Source: Camelus dromedarius (lineage: Eukaryota). From it: DNA of 64,000 bases. Below, one piece after another: positions 1 to 17,700 of the stretch (its first letter is position 1; each line of letters opens with the position of its first letter). The stretch lies in assembly GCF_036321535.1 (NCBI RefSeq), contig NC_087445.1, positions 78,430,001-78,494,000 of the forward strand, read 5' to 3'. The notes below the pieces were generated by a model. It ran no database searches. It had not been told where the DNA came from and worked only from the letters and a program-made list of their open reading frames with translations. The translations under genes and the position numbers were made by a program.

Positions 1-2459
1 TAACAGCCTGCTGGAACCAAGGCGCCCTACTCCTCCCCACCACCCTTCTACCTCCCTCTCTCTCCCCCTACAGGGCTGCAGAGCGCAGGGCTGTGGGGGT
101 GGGGGGGATGGGGGCAAGCCAGCAAGCAGTTTCCGGGGTCCACCGGCCTGCAGGCCTGCAGCTGGCCGGCTCCCAGGGGCATCACCCTGCGGGCCTGGGC
201 AAAGCAGGTGCTCAGTGTTCCCCACCCAGACCTAGCAGGAAGCCGGTCCTGCCAGAGACTCCTGGCAGCCCTCGCCCTAGAGGCCCTTACCTGTGTAAAA
301 CACTTCCACCGGGAGGCAAGCAAAGGACTCTGGTCCGCGTGCCCACCTGGCGGTGGCCTGCGTGGAGAGGGGGCCGCTCCCGGGCCCCGTTCCCCCCTCT
401 CAGTGAGCTGGGTTTCCACACAGGAAGGCTTGTGTGACAGCCAGCTGGTAACCGGACACCTCTCCAGCCCAGGGCTGCCCACAACCCCAGCCCAACCCCA
501 CGGCACCCCGGGGACAGAAGCGCGTTCAACCTGCACCTCGAACTTGTGCACTGAGAGGGGTGCGCAGGCGCAGACCCGCAAGCACAGGGGCTGACCCCGC
601 TCAGGGTCTGATTTGCCCCATGTCTTAGTTTGCTGGGGCCGCCAGGCACCTCCTTCCTGTCCAGAGATGCTGCCCTGATGGGGCACTTTCCTTCCCAGCC
701 TCCCCCCCAGGTTTGCCTCGCCAGACCCAGTGGGGGAATGGGTGTGAACGGCCAGGAAGATGAGACCAGGGGACCCCAGAACCAGTTACTGCCCACGATC
801 ATGTTCTTTCACTTCTCGGGTTCTCTCAGCGCCCCCATGTCCCCCCACCCCTCTCAGTTTCCTCTACCCCAGCCCGCCAACAAGCTACTAAGTCTCCTGA
901 ACCTGAGGCACATTCTGGCCTCAGAAGGAGGTAGCCACCTGTTCTGAGAGCCACGAGGGGCCTCGTGGGAGGAAGACCCCTGGGGAAGGCTCATGTACCC
1001 CTTTTTGGCTTCCCCCCCACTTTTGTGACCTCAGGACGCTCCTGTGGTTCTGACATAAGCCTCACTCCCATGAAAGTTCCCTGAGGAGGGGCTGGGCCTG
1101 GCTACTTCCATGGGGACATATTGGGAGCTCCCCCTCTCCTCAGTGGGAAGGCGGGGAGAGGGGAAGAAAGTGCCCCATGCACCTCTCCTTCCGGGAGCGA
1201 GTGAGGCCGCCCACAAAGGCTGACTCCTGGGTCCTTTGAGGCCGCAAACGACAGTCTGCCTGGCAGTAAGGCACCCTCCCGCTGGGACCATGGCCACCGG
1301 TAAACAGTGTCCTTGTGGATGCCTCCAGCAGCTGCAGGCTGGGGCGGGAGGGCCAGGTGCCCAGCACTCCCACTGCCCCAGCCCAGGCTTCCCTGTGTGT
1401 CTGGCCCTCTCTGCCTGGCATCCCACCAGGCCACAGACCCCCCTGCCCCACGCAGGTCCACCTTTCCACACTGTGTCACCACATAATCTCTATTTTGTTA
1501 CTTGTAAAGTGGGGATGCCACAGGGAACTCCCAGCCCACCCATCACAGGAAGCAGAGGTCTTTTCCAGTGGGGGTCTCAGGCAGGAGTGGGAGGAGAAGA
1601 AGGAAGGCTTTGATACACATTTCAAAGACAACCTCACCAGGCTCGTGCCAGCTCCCTTGGAGAAAAGTCTGAGCTGCTCCTTCGCTCAGTGATTTGTGGA
1701 TTTGTGACAAGACCATGCTACCAGGCCCAAGCCTCCCTGCTGCAGTGCCAGGGCCTTGCAGACTGCTGCTTGGGCAGCTGAGCTACTTTGCAGGGCACTG
1801 TGAGGACCCAGGGTGCCAGGCAGTGACCCTGCACATCCCACTTGCCATGGCCTGGGGCCTACCTTCCTGGAAGGGTGTAAGGGAGGGGGCTGGTACCCTA
1901 GGCCCTGCTGGGACCGACCAGCACTTCGAGGTGCTGACTCACCCTCTGGGTCAGTACTGCAATCCCCACAAGGCAGCTGCAGACCTTTCTGAGGGGACGT
2001 GAAGATGAATCTCTATGCCAGCATGTTGCTTGTCCCAAGGATTTCACCCACCCATTAGGTATACCGTACTACACTGTCCACCGCAGTCTGCCACGGTGCT
2101 GTGGTGTTATGGATTATATGGTGAAGCAGGGAACACGTCCTCTCCAGAGGGAAATAAATTGCCAAGCATTGCCCCCACCCAACACCCTCGGGCTGTGTAG
2201 CAAAGGAGGGTAAGAAGCTCACTGAGAAAGCCAGAATCTACATAAGCCCCAGTGGCCATGGCAAGGGAGACTGTCCAGGGCAGACCCAAGAGCATAATTC
2301 ATTATTTTTAAGTTATTATGAAGATATACCAAAAATGTACTGTTTTTAAAATGATTGATTAAAGGTGTGACTACATGTAATTTAACTGTTTCTCCTTTAC
2401 GAGTTCTCCCACTCCCCAAACTAAAATCAAGGAGAGGTAAAAGCATTTGTCCACCCAGG

Positions 2460-5706
<3,247 letters not shown>

Positions 5707-5748
5707 AGCTGTCTGGTAGCCGGTAAAGCGTGGAAGCCGTGTGAACTC

Positions 5749-5754
5749 TTTATT
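5749..5754 (-). terminator. AATAAA poly(A) signal of CIMIP2A, inside the TUBB4B 3' UTR
   Basis: TTTATT on + strand, about 100 nt past the CIMIP2A stop (5856). Confidence 0.75.
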
Positions 5755-5843
5755 CACTCACAACCTGTTCTCTGATAGCCTTGTCTCCTTGTGTGTGTAT
5801 TTGTTCTTCCTGTCTTGACATCACATGCTGTACAGACACCACC

Positions 5844-5849
5844 ATTAAA
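5844..5849 (+). terminator. ATTAAA poly(A) signal of TUBB4B
   Basis: First canonical-type hexamer after the TUBB4B stop, 138 nt downstream. Confidence 0.8.
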
Positions 5850-5855
5850 GCGTTT

Positions 5856-8980
<3,125 letters not shown>

Positions 8981-9063
8981 CTTGCCTCAGCTCTGCCTTG
9001 GCTGGCTCCAGCCCCTCTCCTGCCCCGGCCTGTGCGGCTGGCTCCTCCCAGAGAGGAGTCCCC

Positions 9064-9076
9064 GTTGCCTGGCAAC
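9064..9076. promoter_or_regulatory. Perfect palindromic RFX X-box upstream of CIMIP2A
   Basis: GTTGCCTGGCAAC, 84 nt upstream of the CIMIP2A ATG. Matches the X-box consensus typical of ciliary genes. Confidence 0.75.
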
Positions 9077-9522
9077 CATTGTGAAGAGGCCCTGCATTGT
9101 TGGGCAGCACCTGAGCCAGGCCCCTTCCTAAACCCTGTGAGCACTCCCATTTCACGGCTGGGACAGTGAGGCCCAGACAGGGCACAGGCTGGGGACATGG
9201 CACACTGAGGACCTACATCTTGGAAAATTAGAACTGTAGTTGCATCTGAGTCGGCCCTGCAAGGAAGCCAGGGGCAGGGCTGGGCCTGGAGCTCTGGACT
9301 CTTACTACCCATGGGAGGGCAAGAGCCAACTGGAAAACAGCCCTTGTCCCACCCTAAGCCCCTCCTCAGATGAGAGAACCTGGAAGCTTGGGAGGCACTG
9401 TCACAAGTCTCAGCAGTGAGGTTCCTGAGCTAGAGAGCTGCCGGGACCCTGTCCTGGAGGTCTTTCCCCTGGAGCTGGGCTCTATTTTCCATTTTAAACA
9501 AACTCTCGATTTTTCTTTCCAT

Positions 9523-9596
9523 CTTCCTTCCTTCCTTCCTCCTTCCCTCCCTCCCTCCCTCTTTCTTTCTTTCTCCTTTTTTTTTTTTTTTTTTTT
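9523..9596 (+). repeat. Compound (CCTT)n/(CCCT)n/(TTTC)n microsatellite plus T20
   Basis: Directly visible polypyrimidine tandem repeat. Confidence 0.9.
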
Positions 9597-9599
9597 GTA

Positions 9600-9830
9600 T
9601 AGGGAGGACCATAAAAACGAAGAAAAATGTCATAAAGGAAAAGATCAGCAGGTTCAAGTACACGTCAAAACACAGCTTAAACCACCCTGCACAGCAGATG
9701 ACAGCCTGGGCAAAAAGTCTGCAACAAATGTTATGTGCAGATATGATATCAGTAGAAACAACCTTATAAAACAAACATATGAAAAATTAACACCCCAACA
9801 GGAAAATGCACATGTAGCGTGAAAGTCTTA
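9600..9830 (+). mobile_element. Ancient A-rich L1-like fragment
   Basis: AT-rich island in GC-rich DNA. gacagcctgggcaaaaagtctgcaacaaat resembles the L1M ORF2 3' region. Confidence 0.35.
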
Positions 9831-10917
9831 AGGAAGAGCCCCGTCAGCGAACATACGGACATAAGGCTGAGCCTCAGTCAAATAAACACTGATGAGGTGT
9901 GGATGTGGGCGATTTCTAATGCTCCATGCCAGCGTGAAAACCACCTGTAATTTGGGACTCAGGTCAAGTGCATCCAAGACCACACGTGCTTTGATCCACT
10001 GCTTCCACTCAACGTGTCCAGCCGAGGAGATGATCCACATTTAGCTGGAGACGGATGTGCGTGTCATCTAGGGAGAAATCCAGCTACTCATGTCCAGTGA
10101 CAGGCTGGGAGCCCCTCACCCTGATAAAATGTGTGTTTCCTCAAACAAGTCTCTATCAGTCTGTCCATCCTGAGGCCAGACAGGTTCAGTGTGGATGGAA
10201 AGGTCTGGAGAAGAGACAGGGGTGCGAAGGATGAGACGTTCTTGGCCGGGCCCTGCCTGGGAGGGGCTGGCAGGCTGGTCAGTTCTGGAGGGCACCACGA
10301 GGGCCCCGGTGCCCAGGTGGACTCTCACTCGCTCAGCCTCGTTGTTCCTTTGCACTTCAGCCCTAGCAGCGCCAACTGTTGATGATGCCTCCCAGCCTCT
10401 GTGCCCCGAGAAGACAGGCCGCCACGCCTCCGCCATGCCTGGGCTGCCTCTGGGGTCAGCTCAGGCCACTCAGACCCACCCTCTGTTGGTTTGCTTTTTC
10501 CAGGGCTGGGTTTCCAGCAGGGGCTCCTCCTCCTCTGGGGAGTCTCCAGGGACTGCTCCACCAACCCCTCTCCCACCTTCTGCTGGCCTTGCATGGCTAG
10601 GCATCCCACAGCACCTGCTGCCTTCTCCACCCCCTGCCAGGGCCTCAGTCCTCCCAGAAGCCCTAAGAGAGTGGACCCCAGCCCCCGAGGAGACCCAGTC
10701 CAGGAGTGGGGAAGGGCGAGGACAAGAATGGGGGAGGGGAAGAAAGGAGGCCAAGCCAGGGGTCACAGGGTCACGTTGGGGAGCCTCTGGCAAGGCTGAT
10801 CCCAGGGCAACCCACCTGGGAGGTCGGGGGAGGGGCCCCGCCAGGGCTGGACAATGCTGCTCCCCCAGGCAACAGGGCGTTGGCAGGACCAGCCAGTGAG
10901 GTCACAGAGCCATGTGA

Positions 10918-12352
<1,435 letters not shown>

Positions 12353-13989
12353 AGCCGCCACCCCAGTGATCACGAGACCCCTGCCTCCCTGGGGGCCTGA
12401 TCAGGCCTTCCTCTGGAACTCAGTGTCCACAGCCTGGCCTTCTGACCCTCTGGGTACCCCCAACCCCCTTCTGACCAGTTGACCCTTCTGTGGGCTGTGG
12501 ATGAGGAAGCCCAGCCTGAAGCCCCCCACCTGCCCACCCCCTTGCTATGTAGGGATGCTGTTCGTTCTTCCGAATCACACTATATCTTGGCCACTGTCCC
12601 TTGCCCAGTGAGCTGTCCTGCTACTGACCTATCATGTCTGGCTTTCCTTGGCCACGGGTCTCCCTTAACTTCCCCTTCAGTGCCCTCTCTCTAGGGTGGC
12701 TGGGGTGGCAACCTGAGACTTCCTGGTCTGGGACAGGATGGGAGGGGCCTTGTGGGCAGTGCAGGACACTCTTACCTAGCCGTGCCACCCATGGGAGAGG
12801 CCTAGCTGCCAATCTACCCAACAGTCAGGCTGCTTGCTGATTCGAGGAACTGACCGTTGGGGTGGAGATGGGGGGGCGGGTGGACAGACTCCCTGAGTTG
12901 CCACCTTGAGGTCAACCTGCCCAGCCACGAGGTAGGGCCCAGAGGACCAGCTCATTAGGGCCTGGCCCCTCTTCTCCCAGCACTTGCCCAAAGACCCTGT
13001 GATTCATCCAGGGCCATACAGGCCAAGCTGCAGGCAGTTGACTCCCCGGGACTTTACCCACTGGGGCCTTGCCCCTGCCCACAGCAGCAGCCTTATCACC
13101 ATTGACCTGCCCTCCCACCCAGGGGCTGGCCCCAAGACTGCCTCCATGCAGGGGCCTCCCCTGCAGCTTGTGGTGGCTCCTATCACTGCATCAAATTCTC
13201 CAGGCGTCCTCCCTGTGCCACCCCAGCCCCGGGCCAGGCCCCCTCCTCTGCCTCCTCTGCCAGAGCTCAACCCCTTCAAAAAGGACTGCAAGAGCTTTTC
13301 CCATGGTGTTGGCATCATCCCTTTCTGCAGGGAAGCCAGGGACAAGGGAGTCTAAGCGCCGTGCACCTGTGACCTCCTCTGGGGCTGAGCCAGCTGGGGG
13401 TTGAGTCCCAGCACTCCCAGAAATCAGAGCAGTGGGACTGCAGACTATTGTCACTGGGCCCTGAGCCGACCAGCTTGGCCAGCGGGCAACAGAGACAGAG
13501 CTGTGGAAGCTCTGGCCTTAGGAGTTTGGCCCAGGGTAGGGGGACCAGGAGCCTTGCTCCCAGTTGCACCACCAGCAACCCCTAAGGCTCAAAGCCAGGA
13601 GTGGGAGCAGCAGGAAGGATGGAGCAATCCCGGAGGAAGGAGGGCCTCCTGGAGAAAGCAGTGGAGGAATGGGTTTTCAAGGATGAGCTACTTTACCGGG
13701 AAGCAGAAAGGGAATTTCTAGCAGAACAAACCTCAGAAGCCAAGGCACTTGAAAGGGGAGAGGGTGTAATGTTTGCTGTGGCCAGGCTTGCAGGGGACAC
13801 AGGGCTGGTGGGATGGAAGTAGGTGAGATGGAGGGAGGGAGAGCTGCAGAGACCTGAGCCTCGAGGGGCGGGAGGGGTGGTCCAAGGACTCGCACACTTG
13901 GCGATGGGGAGCCCACAGAGAGTACAGAGCAGGCAGTGCCCACCGCCCCTATAGGAGCTCGTTGCACTGCAAAGGACAAAGCAGGGACC

Positions 13990-14212
13990 TACAGGATCCT
14001 ACCCTCCTGCTCCCGCCCACCCGGGTTCTCCGCCAAACGAGAGGCACAGGTCGGAGGCCGCGGCTGCCGTGAGGCTGGGCGTGGCCGCGCAGGAGGGCGT
14101 GGCCCGGCGTGCGGGGCGGGGTTTCGTCGACGGCCTGTGCGACATCCCGGCGCCGTCTTGGCGCTCGGCCTCTGCCAGGCGCCGGCCCGGCGCAGCTCCC
14201 GGGAGCCTCTGC

Positions 14213-14266
<54 letters not shown>

Positions 14267-14760
14267 TTGTTGTTTCCGTGGAGCCGGCTGGCGGGCGGAC
14301 CCGGCTGTGCGGGGCGGAAGTGGGCTGCTGCGGTCCGAGCGGAGCCGCGCTGCGGCCGGGACCAGGCCGAGCTGGAGGGCGCCGGGGAGCGGAGCTCGGG
14401 CGGACCACGAGGCCCGGGCGAGCGGGCAGCTGGGGGCCCTGCGGCGCCGGTGGAGCGCGGAGGGGATGGGGCGCCGAGNNNNNNNNNNNNNNNNNNNNNN
14501 NNNNNNNNNNNNNNNNNNNNNNNNNNNNNNNNNNNNNNNNNNNNNNNNNNNNNNNNNNNNNNNNNNNNNNNNNNNNNNNNNNNNNNNNNNNNNNNNNNNN
14601 NNNNNNNNNNNNNNNNNNGAGGGGCCGGCCGTCTTGGCGTGAGTCCGGCGCGGGGCGGGGTCGTGAGGAATGGGCAGATTTCTCTCCGTCCTGGTAGCGC
14701 ATCTGTTCCCCGGGATGGAGGAACCAGGTGTCCTGAGCTAGGACCCCGTCGACGGGCATC
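13990..14760 (+). promoter_or_regulatory. NELFB CpG-island promoter
   Basis: CpG-dense and TATA-less, with GC boxes and ETS-type GCGGAAGT near 14315. Confidence 0.8.
14213..14266 (+). repeat. Pure (GCG)18 trinucleotide repeat
   Basis: 54 nt uninterrupted. Confidence 0.95.
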
Positions 14761-17700
14761 TGAGTGGTTTCCAGTTTTTGCAGTTAAAACCAGCGCTGCT
14801 GGGAACAGCGGGGACGTTCCTTGCACCTGCCTCCTTGTGTACTCAGGGCATCCACGTGCTTGGCCAGAGGTGGCTGCCTCCGAGGTTTCTCTTGTCGCGG
14901 GAGGAAGCCAAGTCGACCTCACATTGACCCTTTGCTTCCTCAGACAGAGAATGGCGTGTTGCTGCCCTCCCTGCAGTCCGCCTTGCCCTTCTTGGACCTG
15001 CACGGGACCCCCCGGCTGGAGTTCCACCAGTCTGTGTTTGACGAGCTGCGGGACAAGCTGCTGGAGCGGGTGTCAGCCATTGCTTCAGAGGGGAAGGCTG
15101 AAGAAAGGTAAGTGGGCAGGTAAGATGTGCAGCCCCTTACCAGCTTGGGGTCTACATCAGCAGGACTCACTGTCCCCGTGGCTACACATACCCTACTCAA
15201 GAAGGGCCTCTCCCCTAATTGTTCCTCCTGAGGACGTCATCTGTCTGGGGACAGGCAGGCAGCTGCGATGACTTGGTCCTGTGCTAGTCCCTCAGGAGTG
15301 CGAGTCTTTCCAGGTACAAGAAACTGGAAGACCTTCTGGAGAAGAGCTTTTCTTTGGTGAAGATGCCATCCCTGCAGCCAGTGGTGATGTGCGTCATGAA
15401 ACACTTGCCTAAGGTAAAGGCCCTCCCAACCCGGGGCCTCCCTGCATGGCGCTTGCTTGGTGGAGGTCAAGCACACGCTTAGCTGGGCGTCTGCTTGGGA
15501 CGGGGAGGTTCTCTGAGCTGGCCGCCCGAGGAGGGGTAGCCTCAGAGCGTGTTCTCTGTGCTCACTTCTCCCGGAGGAGCCTCGCAGAGCCTGGAGCTTG
15601 GCACGTGGAGTCCTTTCTGGGAAAAAGCTGTGTGGTCAGCGTGGCTGCTCTACCTGCTGGGGCCTGAGGGGCCAGCCACAGGTGTCCCTGTTGGTGGGGC
15701 TGGGCTGAATGAGGTCTCTGCTGTGGGGCACTGAGGGCTTTTGACTCGTCTTGAGGGGGACCCTGGTGGCAGGCACTGCTCACAGGTGGCCTGTGGGGTC
15801 GTGTAGGTTCCTGAGAAGAAGTTGAAGCTGGTGATGGCGGACAAGGATCTGTACCGGGCCTGCGCTGTGGAGGTGAAGCGGCAGATCTGGCAAGACAACC
15901 AGGCACTCTTTGGTGACGAGGTCTCCCCGCTGCTGAAGCAGTACATCGTGGAGAAGGAGAGTGCTCTCTTCAGCACGGAGCTCTCTGTCCTGCACAACTT
16001 CTTCAGTCCTTCCCCCAAGACCAGGCGCCAGGGCGAGGTGAGGCCCCCGGGGACTGTGTGTTGGGGGTGGGCTTCCTCCACCCCTGGAAGGGTGGGCTCT
16101 GACCTGTGGCTGCAGGAGGGGCTTGTGAAGTCCCGCCCACTACCCTGCAGGTCTTGGTATCCTTATGTACTTCTGTACTCCACTGCCCACCAGGCCTTTT
16201 TGGTTAAGGTCTCTGGAATTGTCTGTTCTTGCGTTTGAGTCATTCCTTCTTCAACACGTGTCTCTTGAGCGCTGACCCACTGCCACAGGTGTCTGGACCC
16301 TTCAGTAACCCAAGGTCAGGGCGCCTGCCCGGGTACTTGCAGTCTGGTGTCACGTGTGGGTCTCGGAGCTCCAGCGGTGGAGCAGGGTGGGCCAGGTAGG
16401 GGTGGTGTCTTGGGGTTTGAGGAAGAAGGGCCCGGTTGGGGGGTGTTGTGAGCAGAGGCGTTGAGGTGGGCAGGTGAGGGTGTCTGGGGAGGGGGCCGGG
16501 GGAGGTGGAGGTCTGGAGGCCACTGTGGACACTCTGACTTTTCCTGGTGAAGTGGGGGTCCCTGGCTTGGTTCCAGGATGCCCCTCAACCCAGGAGGAGG
16601 CAATGGCAAGAGTCCAGACGTGGGCCGAGCAGCATTTGCTGTTCTGCTGTGGCCTCTCACAGTCAGCCTTCCCACCCAGGGTCTCCTGTGCGGGTGGTGC
16701 GAGGTGGGCTCTGACCCAGGGTCTTCTCAGGTGTTGGGCCAGTGGTTGCAGCACCACTTCCTGATCAGGCCGCTGAGTGTGTCTGAGCCCTTCCTGCTTG
16801 CCTTCCCCTTGTCTCAGGGTTGTGGGATTTGGCCCTGCCCCTGCTTCACTCTCCCCTCCAGGCCAAGGTCCCTCTTGGGGGCTGGGTCCTTCCTTCGGTA
16901 GGGGTTGGGGAGGGAGCAGTGGCAGGGGTGGGTCGGCTGCGGGGCCCTGGTCCTCTGCCTGAGCTTCGCACCCTCCTGTCGGATGTGAGGCGAGCCCGGC
17001 GGGTCAGGCTGGTGCATTCCTGTCGTCGGTGTTAGAGGTGCTGGGACTCGGTGCCTGGACTCGGGTTGTGCTCTGAGCTGCTCTGCTCGTCGGGGTTCCT
17101 GAGGCCTGCTTGTGGGTCCTCAGCAGGGGTCCTCCAGGTGGGCTGCTGACTGCTCCCCTCGTTATGTCCAGCCTATTGGGCCTCCTTAGTGTCTCACCCT
17201 GTGCATCTGCACGGCCGCTGAGCCCCGAGGGGAGCCCCTCCTGTGGGCTGCTGCAGCGTGGCAGGAGCTACCCAAGAGGGGCGGGGTGTGGTGCTGGAGG
17301 CGGGCCGGGGGCCTGAGAGGAGGCAGGCGTGGGTGGCCACAGCTGGGCCTCACCTGGTGGCACTGCACATGCTCGTTGACCGAATTTCCCCATCGTCGAC
17401 CTCGTGGTGGGGTCGGCCCCCTGGGCAGCTATGCTGGGGATCTGGGGGCCTGCTGTGGAGTTCACCTCCATGAAGACCAGGGATGCCCCACCCCCGTGGG
17501 CCAGTGTCCTGTCAGAGGGGAGCCTTAGCACCAGACATGTAGTGGGACGAGGCGGGCTGGGTTGTCTCCCCACAGGTGGTGCAGAAGCTGACGCAGATGG
17601 TGGGCAAGAACGTGAAGCTGTACGACATGGTGCTGCAGTTCCTGCGCACCCTCTTTCTGCGCACACGCAACGTGCACTACTGCACCCTGCGGGCCGAGCT

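Noticed and set aside
951-968. CCACGAGG-gg-CCTCGTGG inverted repeat
   Set aside because: An 8-bp stem in GC-rich DNA is expected by chance; no supporting context.
1-2400. Short ORFs and a possible SLC34A3 tail expected from synteny
   Set aside because: No recognisable SLC34A3 peptide or exon structure; the ORFs are low-complexity GC-rich frames.
14270-14283. X-box-like GTTTCCGTGGAGC at the NELFB promoter
   Set aside because: Several mismatches in the second half-site.
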